Positions 40,940-50,347 of a stretch of DNA of 64,000 nucleotides are shown in pieces. The translations under genes were made by a program, and so were the position numbers. The stretch's first letter is position 1. Every line of letters begins with the position of its first letter. The stretch spans positions 64,001-128,000 of the forward strand of contig JAITVV010000007.1 in the NCBI GenBank assembly GCA_031285625.1, given 5' to 3'. The notes under the pieces were generated by a model. The model did not search any database. It had not been told where the DNA came from and was given only the letters and a program-made list of their open reading frames with translations. This DNA is from Prevotella sp. GTDB taxonomy: Bacteria; Bacteroidota; Bacteroidia; Bacteroidales; Dysgonomonadaceae.

Positions 40940-41830
40940 CTATTGGGACGGGGAGGTTCTATCTTCATAATATTGATAAGAAATAATCGATTTGGTAACG
41001 AAATTGTTTAAACTATTATTTGTTCCCCGGGTGCCTATATACAAAGCCTGACCTCCGGAATTCATACTATTTCTCCTTTTATATGCAACTTTCATTTTCT
41101 GTTCCGAAAGAGGAAGATTTTCCAATACAAAGTGTAATGTCTCTATCTGGAATACTTCTGCACTATTATGACTTTCATATACCAATCTTCCTATACGGGA
41201 GTCTTTTGCTACCCCATTTGCAAATATTGCGCCGGAATATGATATCCATCCCGAATTATTATTTGATTTATACTCCTTCATTGCAATAGTTTGAATTGTA
41301 ATAGCAATCCTGTTCTTTACATGGTTCGGTACTACACTGAAGATGTCACCTAGTTGAAGCCAACTTGTATTATCAGACAAAAATGTAAGTCCATTGTTTA
41401 TCTGGATCGATTTAGATTCGATCAATGAATATCTGTTTTCCTGAGCTAAAGGAATGCTGACTATTGTCCAGGTGGGTTTCAACTCCTGGTCCAACACTAA
41501 AAACTGTCCACTCGTAAATCCTTTAGGAAGATCCAGATTTTTCCATTTGATACCGTCATCAACACAAATACCCTTATCACTTGTATTGTTGTAAACCATC
41601 ATTCCTTCGACATGCCGGGATAAAGGTGAAGGAGAAACATAAGACAGCAAATTTACACGAGGGAGCAATAACCCTTTAGTTGACTTTCCATCTGCAAATT
41701 CCTTTAAATCAAGAAGGGCATCTGAAGCAGGCGCTATACCGGAACCAATAGTAACCTGACACTTTATATTAACTGATAAGATACAGAATAAAACAACTAA
41801 ATAAGTGCTTTTATAATTTTTATTTCTCAT
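40940..41830 (-). CDS. Secreted fibre-like protein, paralog 3
   Basis: Signal peptide then QVTIGSG...ALLDL...KGLLLPRV.L...GMMVYN...W; C-terminal YQYYED; ATG 41830 preferred. Confidence 0.75.
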   Translation of the reverse strand: MRNKNYKSTYLVVLFCILSVNIKCQVTIGSGIAPASDALLDLKEFADGKSTKGLLLPRVNLLSYVSPSPLSRHVEGMMVYNNTSDKGICVDDGIKWKNLDLPKGFTSGQFLVLDQELKPTWTIVSIPLAQENRYSLIESKSIQINNGLTFLSDNTSWLQLGDIFSVVPNHVKNRIAITIQTIAMKEYKSNNNSGWISYSGAIFANGVAKDSRIGRLVYESHNSAEVFQIETLHFVLENLPLSEQKMKVAYKRRNSMNSGGQALYIGTRGTNNSLNNFVTKSIISYQYYEDRTSPSQ

Positions 41831-42719
41831 AATATTGATAAGATAAAGAGGTTGATCCTTGCACATTCTCATTCAGTGATTTTCCTATTAATAATGAGGG
41901 AACAGTTGTATTACTATTTCTCCGGATAAATGCTATCTGAATTGAATTTTCGCCAATAGGCAGATTTTGAATAACAAAGAATAATGTTTCAGACTTAGAT
42001 AGTTCACTATTATTACCAGAAGATCTCAGTGTTCCCACCCGTACCCCTTTCAATGAGTCATTTACAAAAATTCCACCTGCATACGAAGTCCATCCTGAGG
42101 AAGTGTATGCTGATTGCAGAATGGTTGTTTGAACGAAAATAATTGTCCTATTTGTAGCTTTCTTTACTGTAATCTTGAATGGATCGATAATCGTTTTCCA
42201 AGAACTATTTATTGCACTATTTTCTGTATATACTGAAGCACCGGAGTTGGATGAAAACTCAGCTCCAATATGTTGGCTATATGCTCCGACCTCCATAAGG
42301 CTAAATTCCTCAGATTTGACTTCCGGAATAAATACGGATGTCCATTTAGGGGCTAATGTTTCTCTATCGATAACTAGAAACTGTCCCGATCTTTCTCCTT
42401 CAGGCAGATGTTCCAAAATCCATCTGCTGCCATTATTACGGTACAGGCCGGGACTGACTACGCTGTTAAAAGCTGTATTATAAACAATCATACCTTCTAT
42501 ATGCATTGTAAGAGGTGACGGATCTATCAACGAAACCAGTTCTACCCGGGGCAATAATAATCCTTTAGTTTCCACTTCGCCCGATCCGCGTAATTCGAGT
42601 AACGCATCCGGGTCAGGAGCATCTGAAGAGCCGAATGTTACTTGTGCATTACTACTATTGTGACAAAGAATTAATAAAAAAATAAAGATTCCTGTTGATC
42701 TATAATTTACTCGTTTCAT
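41820..42719 (-). CDS. Secreted fibre-like protein, paralog 2
   Basis: NAQVTFGSS...KGLLLPRVEL...GMIVYNT...GQFL...PKW; GWTSYAGGIFVN; YQYYEK. Confidence 0.8.
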   Translation of the reverse strand: MKRVNYRSTGIFIFLLILCHNSSNAQVTFGSSDAPDPDALLELRGSGEVETKGLLLPRVELVSLIDPSPLTMHIEGMIVYNTAFNSVVSPGLYRNNGSRWILEHLPEGERSGQFLVIDRETLAPKWTSVFIPEVKSEEFSLMEVGAYSQHIGAEFSSNSGASVYTENSAINSSWKTIIDPFKITVKKATNRTIIFVQTTILQSAYTSSGWTSYAGGIFVNDSLKGVRVGTLRSSGNNSELSKSETLFFVIQNLPIGENSIQIAFIRRNSNTTVPSLLIGKSLNENVQGSTSLSYQYYEK

Positions 42720-42735
42720 TTAAATAATTTGTTGA

Positions 42736-43662
42736 TTAAAAAGCCAGAGAAGTAGGATCTTCATAATACTGAAAGTATATAGATGGTCTGGCCATGAAGT
42801 TATTTAAGTTTGTGACATCGGCAGATGGTTTACCGATACTAATGTCTGTCTGATTTGCACTGCTGCCGATTCTGGTGATAGCCACATTTATATTCTGATT
42901 GTTTGCCTCCAGATTTTCCACTACCATATGCAATAATATAGTTTCAAATGTATTGGATCCTGTATTAGAATATGATAACTGCCCAATATTGGCTGACTTC
43001 AGCAGGTTGTTAACAAAGATACCTCCGGCATACGAAACCCATCCATTAGCTGTACCACTCTTTTGTATGGTAGTCTGTAATGTTATCAGCAACCGGTTCT
43101 TTTTATATTTGGGTACTATACTGAATGTATTCCCTATTTTACGCCATTTATTATCAAATGCATAGTTAAGAACGCATACAGAGATACCATTGTTTGTAGC
43201 TAAATCAACACCTCCATCAGATATATTTATGCTGGAACTAACCAAAAAGAAGTTATCATTCCGTATATCCGGAATATTCATTGTTACCCATCTGGGCTGT
43301 AAGTCATCCGAAAGAGATAAAGTCTGGCCTGCCAACCCATCCGTTAATCCTATTCGATTCCATTTTGTTCCATCATTATAGAATAGTCCTGATGAGATAT
43401 TCTCATTCGTATTTGTATTGTATACAATCATTCCTGAAGTATGCTGTAATAAAGGAAAACTATTATCTGTAGAAATAAGGGCTACCCGGGGCAATAACAA
43501 TCCTTTAGAGGATTCCCCATTCTCACTTTGCTTCAAATCGAGAATAGCATCCATATCCGGTTCTATCCCTGACCCTATTGTTACCTGTGCATTAAGGTGG
43601 AGGTTAAATAATATAGCAATAGCCAGTAGTGCGTAATTTTGTGTTTTACTATAATTCTTCAT
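42736..43662 (-). CDS. Secreted fibre-like protein, paralog 1
   Basis: NAQVTIGSG...KGLLLPRVAL...GMIVYNT...GQTL...PRW; GWVSYAGGIFVN; FQYYED. Confidence 0.8.
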   Translation of the reverse strand: MKNYSKTQNYALLAIAILFNLHLNAQVTIGSGIEPDMDAILDLKQSENGESSKGLLLPRVALISTDNSFPLLQHTSGMIVYNTNTNENISSGLFYNDGTKWNRIGLTDGLAGQTLSLSDDLQPRWVTMNIPDIRNDNFFLVSSSINISDGGVDLATNNGISVCVLNYAFDNKWRKIGNTFSIVPKYKKNRLLITLQTTIQKSGTANGWVSYAGGIFVNNLLKSANIGQLSYSNTGSNTFETILLHMVVENLEANNQNINVAITRIGSSANQTDISIGKPSADVTNLNNFMARPSIYFQYYEDPTSLAF

Positions 43663-43957
43663 TTTATTCAGATAGTTTCATTAAAATCCGTATTAGGAAA
43701 ACAGCATATATTGATGTGCCAAATCCCGGTACAAACCTATAGAATGTCAGTAAGAATTATAGGACACATTATGCCTATTTGTAATAGTGAATCTTTCTAT
43801 TTCTCTACTTACTATAATTGCCCGACTCTGTTTTTGCATATTATACAAAGCCGAATCTCTGTTTATATATATTCAGTTGTTTAATATCTATAAATCATGT
43901 TTAATCGTGATATTTATATGTTTTCGGTTTATATTTATCTTTCCATAAAACAAAAAC

Positions 43958-43984
43958 AGGATTGGCTAATATTTTGCCAATCCT
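43958..43984 (-). terminator. Intrinsic terminator
   Basis: aggattggc-N9-gccaatcct with a minus-strand U tail. Confidence 0.65.
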
Positions 43985-44007
43985 ATCACTCCATACAAAC
44001 ACATTTT

Positions 44008-44997
44008 CTACCTTGAGAATGAATTTATTATCTTTCTTTGCTCCTGAAAGAAGTTATACCTTTGCATTTCCCCGCCTTGCGTTATGAGCATCGAATACCT
44101 CTTCAGTGAATTGATCCATTCATTATGTGTCTGGCATATATTATAGCTTTGAGAATTTATTCCACTTATACCATACAGATTCAGGTGTGCATAAGAATGG
44201 CCACTATATTCTAATAATATATACGAAGCATCAATATCTACATTCGACAGATATAGAAGAATTTCCATTCCGGAGTTGTATGTTCCTGATATTGTAAGAG
44301 ACTCCATTTCCGTGAGAAGTTCATTCAATTCATCCTTTATGCTTTGAATATCAGTATCACTCATTAAATTAAGATTGTGAAAATATTTTATTTCGCGTAT
44401 AAAAGATGTAAATATATCCTGACTCAGTATAATGCTGGAACTTTTTATGTTTCTCGATTCAGAGATAAACATCTTTTGATATGCTATAGCTTCTTTTGTC
44501 AACTCCATTTCTCTAAAGGGCAAAGAATGAAGTCTTTTTATTTGATAGGCCCATTTAAACAGTTTGAATTTCGATAAATTTTCATAGTGTAAATAGAAAA
44601 AATAAGGTAAATTGTTAAAAGCACATATCAGTTTTGAGTCTGCTTTTTTATTTGCTCTTCTAAAGAGATTAACATACTCATCCATCCGCGCTATATAGTT
44701 CTGATTAATATCATTGGCGAACATAAGGTTGAGATCAAACACTGCTCTCTCTTTATTTCTTATCCCAACTATATTGTCTATTGAAATACCTAACTTAAGA
44801 GAAATTATTGCAACCTCTTCAAATGTAAAACGAACCTCACCTCTGAGGCGTCTGTAGATCGCTTCCTTACCCAAACAAAGTATATCTGCCAGTATCGATA
44901 CTAATTTTTCTTTTTCTGTTATGGTATTTATTATGTCTTTTTCAGTTATAGATGTTTTGATTGCCTCAATTAATTCTTCATGCATGCTTATTCTCAT
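44008..44997 (-). CDS. Putative transcriptional regulator (N-terminal HTH, unknown C-terminal domain)
   Basis: LADILCLGKEAIYRRLRGEVRFTFEE...LGISID HTH-like motif typical of a Bacteroidales hypothetical family. Confidence 0.7.
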   Translation of the reverse strand: MRISMHEELIEAIKTSITEKDIINTITEKEKLVSILADILCLGKEAIYRRLRGEVRFTFEEVAIISLKLGISIDNIVGIRNKERAVFDLNLMFANDINQNYIARMDEYVNLFRRANKKADSKLICAFNNLPYFFYLHYENLSKFKLFKWAYQIKRLHSLPFREMELTKEAIAYQKMFISESRNIKSSSIILSQDIFTSFIREIKYFHNLNLMSDTDIQSIKDELNELLTEMESLTISGTYNSGMEILLYLSNVDIDASYILLEYSGHSYAHLNLYGISGINSQSYNICQTHNEWINSLKRYSMLITQGGEMQRYNFFQEQRKIINSFSR

Positions 44998-45377
44998 TAT
45001 TTGTTATAATTGTATGTTAACTCGATTAGTTTTGGATTAATCTGAAGTGAATGATCAAATAAATGTAGAAAAGAGATTTTGTTGCAACCTCAATATTTAA
45101 TTTAGCCTGAATGCGTTGTCTCCTTTAGTGAAAAAGCCTTTTCTTTTTCAAATACAAAATTATAGATTGTATAATGATCTGGATAGTAATTTTGAGTGTA
45201 TTCTCACCCTCTGTTTTTTCTATTTATTCATAAATAAAATTATATATATCTATAAAAGTTGATAATTTATTTATGAGACATTTTCAGACATATATTTGTA
45301 TTGCTTACACTATATAAGTCTACATTTAAATTGAAAATCAGATTGGGATAATTTGATTAGTTTTATATAAAAAACAA

Positions 45378-45410
45378 ATACTTACTTAATATACACTATT
45401 AAGTAAGTAT
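45378..45410 (-). terminator. Hairpin terminator after the pilin gene
   Basis: atacttacttaat-N7-attaagtaagtat with a minus-strand U-rich tail. Confidence 0.65.
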
Positions 45411-45445
45411 CTGACAACTTAAGCAGAAACTTAAGCAGAAATTAT

Positions 45446-46579
45446 CTATTCAAAGACGCTTGTTTGTGAGATATTAAGTGCCCAGGGGGCCACTGAAACC
45501 TGAACATTGAGAGATGATGGTGATTCGGAGCTGAAAGGATTGCTGGTTCCCAATCCTTTTACTATGGTTTTTATGTTATATGTATTATTACGCCTTATAT
45601 ATTTATGGTTATCTGAAGCTCCTGTTACAGTCGAATTATTGCCCTCCAGATTTATTATAACAGGAAAATAAGTATAACCTTCCGAATCTACACGACCAGG
45701 AATATTGCTAATATATTTGTTATTTTGTTTCACTTTTGCCCTTAAAACAAGTATTGTAGGATATATAGTTCCGTCGGCAGGCTGATTTTCATAAAGGTAA
45801 AAATATGTATTGTTGTTAGTTGCCGTTGAACTAAGAAAGTTTTCAGAACCAGACAAAACTGTGCTTGATGAAGGATATAAGTCACCGATCCCTGAAAGTC
45901 CCTGATAATAAGAGACAGGTAAAGATAAAGCAGAATTGCTTATATGTGAATTCTTTACTGCATTCAATATAAAAGCTGTAGCTCCTTCGAAAGAATACTC
46001 ACTGCTTTGCCACTGCATATCTTCAACTTTTACCCGCGCAGTTAATCTTGTAAGCAAGAATGTATGAGGCTCTAGTGAAGTTCCATCTGTAGGGTTGGAG
46101 GTATACCCTATATAGTTCTTTCCTGGAACAATAACAGCATTGATCACATCTGTGGACATAGTAAGCTGTCCGTTGTCTTTCTCATTTTTGAGATCAGATA
46201 GTGTATTTTGTAGTTCAGTGATACTTTTAATAGCTGATATATCAGACGCATAGTTAGCCAACACAAAAATTCTTTTTTCACCACTCGTAACAGCTATATT
46301 ATCTACCTTAGTAATGCTGTTATTCTGGCTGGTTACACTCTTTGCAGCTTCTAGGCTACCATCAATATTAAAAACAAAGGCATCCAGCTTAAGTACCTTG
46401 TCTTCCTGAGAAGGGTTGCCCGATGCTTTAGTTTGCGGTGTACCCGAAATTTGTAGGCTAATACTGGCCACTTTTCCCCTTACAATAGGCGTTGGTATAT
46501 CACTGTCTTCTGCCCTGTCACAGGATACACCCAAAATAGCAATAATAATTGCAGATAAAAATAAACCTCTTGATTTCAT
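45446..46579 (-). CDS. FimA/Mfa1-type major fimbrial subunit (type V pilin) lipoprotein
   Basis: Lipobox GVSC; QTKA processing site; LDAFVFN.DG.LE; VLAN; LTRLTARV; IRRNNTYNI; VQVSVAPW C-terminus; ATG 46579. Confidence 0.85.
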   Translation of the reverse strand: MKSRGLFLSAIIIAILGVSCDRAEDSDIPTPIVRGKVASISLQISGTPQTKASGNPSQEDKVLKLDAFVFNIDGSLEAAKSVTSQNNSITKVDNIAVTSGEKRIFVLANYASDISAIKSITELQNTLSDLKNEKDNGQLTMSTDVINAVIVPGKNYIGYTSNPTDGTSLEPHTFLLTRLTARVKVEDMQWQSSEYSFEGATAFILNAVKNSHISNSALSLPVSYYQGLSGIGDLYPSSSTVLSGSENFLSSTATNNNTYFYLYENQPADGTIYPTILVLRAKVKQNNKYISNIPGRVDSEGYTYFPVIINLEGNNSTVTGASDNHKYIRRNNTYNIKTIVKGLGTSNPFSSESPSSLNVQVSVAPWALNISQTSVFE

Positions 46580-46824
46580 AATAAAAACCTGATAATTAAT
46601 TAATAATATATAAAATTCCCTTTTTGATTCTGATTTTATGTGAGGCAATAGTTTCCCTGAGAAGGATTATAGTCCTTCTTTATCTAATTGTTTAAAGTAT
46701 ATTTCGGATGATTCCCTCTTGTTAAGATTCAAGAGTAAAATGGTATGTGACAGTTTATTGTAAAATCATATATTCCTCATTTAATGGCGCAAAAATAGAA
46801 TGAAAATCTATATATTTTTATAAA

Positions 46825-46860
46825 AAAAGGGACAAAATAAGTACTAAAAGGGACAAAATA
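46825..46860. promoter_or_regulatory. 15-bp direct repeat with 21-bp period, probable AraC binding site
   Basis: AAAAGGGACAAAATA at 46825-46839 and 46846-46860, upstream of the minus-strand TATTTTTG box at 46790-46797. Confidence 0.65.
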
Positions 46861-46871
46861 TCTATTGGCGC

Positions 46872-47732
46872 TTATTTACTTAACAGCTTAGTTTTTAAGT
46901 TGTGCTTTTCACAGAAGGCAATGAATTCAGCCATATTTGCAAAATGAAATTCTTTAAGGATATGATCCATTGATACCGTTTTATGAACTATGTAGTATTC
47001 CAGACTTTTAGCCTTCTGATGCATAATCCATTTATAAGGAGTGATCCCAAATTCAGTTTTAAACTTTCTTGTAAATGTTTTAGTTGTCATAAAACATTTC
47101 TTCGCTAAACTTTTAACAGAACTATTATGTGTATAATTTGCCAATACCTCCATTCTGAATTGGTTTTGACTAAGAAGTATCGGGGAAAAAAAACGGGCCA
47201 ACGTTTGTTTATCGTATAGGGTTCTCATTAGAAAAACAAATTCTTGTTTTTTCATATCATATACATACTTTGAAAATATCTTGTTACGCCTGTAGTAAAT
47301 TATACCCGACAGAAAATAGCGTAAAGTTTTCTTTATATGAAGTTTCTCTAATTCTATACTATTGGGGGCATATAGTGAGACAATCTGATTTAAAAGAACC
47401 TGATCTATAAATGGCAGGAGATTATCCGATTTCAGCTCAATATATATACTACTTTCTTTGGTTGTAGCTTTATACGGACCAAAGGCTTTAGATATAAAAA
47501 GCATATTATTTTTACTATATAAATTATAATCCGATTCTTTTTGAATTAATACTTTCCCTTTCATTATAAAAACAATACTATTTTCACCAGGGATACCAAT
47601 CAGAATATCACTATCTTCAGAATGGTAATGTACTTTGAATGAATCATCCTTTTCTAAAGGGAGTATATAATTTTGTAAAGAGCTTTCATATTCATTTATA
47701 ATTTTTTCAGGGCTCGTCAGGTATAGGTTCAT
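46872..47732 (-). CDS. AraC family transcriptional regulator
   Basis: SVKSLAKKCFMTTKTFTRKFKTEFGITPYKW; second HTH degenerate. Confidence 0.8.
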   Translation of the reverse strand: MNLYLTSPEKIINEYESSLQNYILPLEKDDSFKVHYHSEDSDILIGIPGENSIVFIMKGKVLIQKESDYNLYSKNNMLFISKAFGPYKATTKESSIYIELKSDNLLPFIDQVLLNQIVSLYAPNSIELEKLHIKKTLRYFLSGIIYYRRNKIFSKYVYDMKKQEFVFLMRTLYDKQTLARFFSPILLSQNQFRMEVLANYTHNSSVKSLAKKCFMTTKTFTRKFKTEFGITPYKWIMHQKAKSLEYYIVHKTVSMDHILKEFHFANMAEFIAFCEKHNLKTKLLSK

Positions 47733-47855
47733 ATTTGTTTGTTAAATCTCATATCCTTAATAACACATAGAGAATTGAAATGTTCCAGTAAATGAAATAT
47801 GTAGAAATATAACATCAGCCAAACAAAGTAACCTGTAATGTCTTACCTTTGCCGT

Positions 47856-49196
47856 ATGAAAACAGAAGATCGAACAAAAACTATATTATCCAGCCTGAAT
47901 ATAGACAGGTTGAACAAGATGCAGATTGCAGCTGAGGATACAATAATAAAAGAAAAAAATACAATCTTATTATCACCCACTGGTTCCGGTAAGACTCTTG
48001 CTTTCCTGTTACCAACCCTCAATTTGTTGAGAGAGGATATAAAAGCTGTGCAATGTATGATTATAGTACCATCACGCGAACTGGCAATTCAGATTGAGAA
48101 GGTTTGGAAACAAATGGGAACAAAATTTAAAGTAAACGTATGCTATGGTGGACATTCTATTGAAACCGAACTTAAGAATCTAAGTAATCCCCCTGCCTTG
48201 CTTATAGGAACACCGGGACGGTTGACAGATCATCTGGAAAGGAAATCTTTTGATACTAACTCTATCGAAATTTTAGTTTTAGATGAATTTGACAAATCAT
48301 TGCAACTTGGATTTCAGGATGAAATGAATACAATTATCAGCCAATTACCCAACCTGCAGAAACGAATATTACTTTCAGCAACTTCTGATGTAGAAGTGCC
48401 TGATTTTGTATTGATGGAATCTCCTGTTACTCTCGATTATACCGAAGAAGAAAGGAAAGATACTCTTTCTATCAAACTTGTTTTATCTCCTGAAAAAGAT
48501 AAAATAGAATCCTTATTCCAGCTTATATGTTCGCTCAATTCAGAGCCTGCTCTTATTTTCTGTAACCATAGAGAAGTCGCAGAACGTATCAGTAGTTTAT
48601 TAAACAAGAAAGGCATACAAACAGGATATTACCATGGGGGCATGGACCAGGATGACAGGGAAAGAGTACTCATCCAATTCCGAAATGGTAGTTTAAACTA
48701 CCTGGTTACAACAGACCTGGCTGCCAGAGGTTTAGATATTCCTGAAATGAAACATGTGATACATTATCACCTACCTGCCAAAGAGAGTGAGTTTATCCAT
48801 CGTAATGGGCGCACAGCCCGTATGCATGCTTCCGGTACTGCATATATCATACTCTACAAAGAAGAAAAAGCACCTGATTATATTCCTGAGAATCTGGATG
48901 TATTGAGGCCAGGAACAAACAAAACGCTACCTAAACGTCCCGAAAACCAGACAATCTACATAAGTGGAGGTAAGAAAAACAAACTGAATAAAAGTGATAT
49001 TGTAGGATTCTTCTTACAAAAAGGAAAACTGGATAAATCAGATTTAGGATTAATAGAAGTAAAAGATTTCATCTCTTTTGTTGCTGTGCGTTCCTCAGCA
49101 GTCAGGACACTTCTAACCAACATAAGAGATGAAAAGATGAAAGGTAAGAAATATAAGATAGAAATAGCCAGAAATGTTATTAAGAAGACTGATTAA
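47856..49196 (+). CDS. DEAD/DEAH-box RNA helicase with DbpA-type RNA-binding C-terminus
   Basis: SPTGSGKT, PSRELA, TPGRL, DEFD, SAT, ARGLDI, HRNGRTAR, GGKKNKL...DIVG; TACCTTTG at 47844-47851 just before ATG 47856. Confidence 0.93.
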   Translation: MKTEDRTKTILSSLNIDRLNKMQIAAEDTIIKEKNTILLSPTGSGKTLAFLLPTLNLLREDIKAVQCMIIVPSRELAIQIEKVWKQMGTKFKVNVCYGGHSIETELKNLSNPPALLIGTPGRLTDHLERKSFDTNSIEILVLDEFDKSLQLGFQDEMNTIISQLPNLQKRILLSATSDVEVPDFVLMESPVTLDYTEEERKDTLSIKLVLSPEKDKIESLFQLICSLNSEPALIFCNHREVAERISSLLNKKGIQTGYYHGGMDQDDRERVLIQFRNGSLNYLVTTDLAARGLDIPEMKHVIHYHLPAKESEFIHRNGRTARMHASGTAYIILYKEEKAPDYIPENLDVLRPGTNKTLPKRPENQTIYISGGKKNKLNKSDIVGFFLQKGKLDKSDLGLIEVKDFISFVAVRSSAVRTLLTNIRDEKMKGKKYKIEIARNVIKKTD

Positions 49197-49222
49197 TCTT
49201 GGTATTTCTCTAATAATATTTT

Positions 49223-50299
49223 CTAATATTTCAATGGCAATGAGATTTCCAGTTTAGTGTCCTTTCCCGTATGGCAGTTCAAAACAGTCATTATTCCTTC
49301 TTTGGGAAACTGAGTCCTGACTGTCTTATTAGCTGGTAGCCTATATTCTTTATCACCTATCATTAGCGAGTAAGAAATATCTGATATATTACTAACCTCT
49401 ATATCATCTCCACCTTTTATTACTTTTATCTTGATTGATGCCAAGAATAACTTTCTTAATAATTCGTCTTTTCCTGCTAAAGTACTATTAAATAAGACTG
49501 CTGTGCGTCCGGCAAACAAGGCCTCTTTTATGCCTGCCTCCGAGTATTCCTTTGCAAATACCAAAGTAACAGGGCGAGCCAATTTCTTATTTCCATAAAG
49601 TTCAGCAATAGGCTCATGTATATCCGAGTTACCCATAAAGCTCAGATTGTATTTATTCGCATAATCGAATGTAAGCGGATAATATTCAAGATAGTTAAAA
49701 ACCTCAATACCATTTATCAGACGTTCTGCAATCAATTGTTCGTGCACAGGATAAAGAGTACTCTTATTATCAGGCCATCCCGGATGGTTCCACATAATAA
49801 AAGCGCCTTGCTTTTTCGCTTCTTTCAGAACATCTACAGGATCATCCAGTTCCAACTTATTGGCATCGTTTATAAATAAAGCATTGAGATGTCCAATCGG
49901 CTTTTCACGTGTAATTTCAGTACCTTGTATAACTATAAAATTCAGCCTGTCGCCATGTTCTTTTGCTATTTTGAAACTGGCATTAAGATCTCCGCTAAGA
50001 ATTCCTTTATAGGGACGGTACTCAATATGATCGGTAATTGCAATAGCATCAAGTCCTTCCCTCCAGGCCTCGTTTACCCGTACATCAGGCCAAACCTTAC
50101 CATCCGAGAAAACAGTATGGATATGGAAATCGCACTTGAGAACCTGATATCCATCAAAACCCGGTATGGAGATATGTTCACGAATAGAACTCTGCCCCAT
50201 TTCCGGCAATTTATATACATCATCATTCTTTATTTGTCCGAATGCAAGGAAAGGACAAGTGAGTAATATCACTCCTGCAATAATCTTATAAATATTCAT
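49223..50299 (-). CDS. Secreted PHP-domain phosphoesterase
   Basis: Signal peptide; DFHIHTVFSDG, ITDHIE, GTEIT, WNHPGW, NSDIH; ATG 50299. Confidence 0.85.
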   Translation of the reverse strand: MNIYKIIAGVILLTCPFLAFGQIKNDDVYKLPEMGQSSIREHISIPGFDGYQVLKCDFHIHTVFSDGKVWPDVRVNEAWREGLDAIAITDHIEYRPYKGILSGDLNASFKIAKEHGDRLNFIVIQGTEITREKPIGHLNALFINDANKLELDDPVDVLKEAKKQGAFIMWNHPGWPDNKSTLYPVHEQLIAERLINGIEVFNYLEYYPLTFDYANKYNLSFMGNSDIHEPIAELYGNKKLARPVTLVFAKEYSEAGIKEALFAGRTAVLFNSTLAGKDELLRKLFLASIKIKVIKGGDDIEVSNISDISYSLMIGDKEYRLPANKTVRTQFPKEGIMTVLNCHTGKDTKLEISLPLKY

Positions 50300-50347
50300 T
50301 CCAATATTTTTTAATATTAAAAATAACACTCCTGATAAAGATAACTA

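Noticed and set aside
40940-43662. Diversity-generating retroelement, shufflon or prophage tail origin for the three paralogs
   Set aside because: No reverse transcriptase, recombinase, near-identical TR/VR repeats or phage structural genes; the proteins have Sec signal peptides
43639-43884. 81-aa + strand ORF in the leader of the fibre operon
   Set aside because: Antisense to the operon, overlaps its start and has no recognisable features
45416-45439. AACTTAAGCAGA tandem duplication after the pilin stop
   Set aside because: Only two copies with no spacer; likely a slippage duplication, not a CRISPR array or att site
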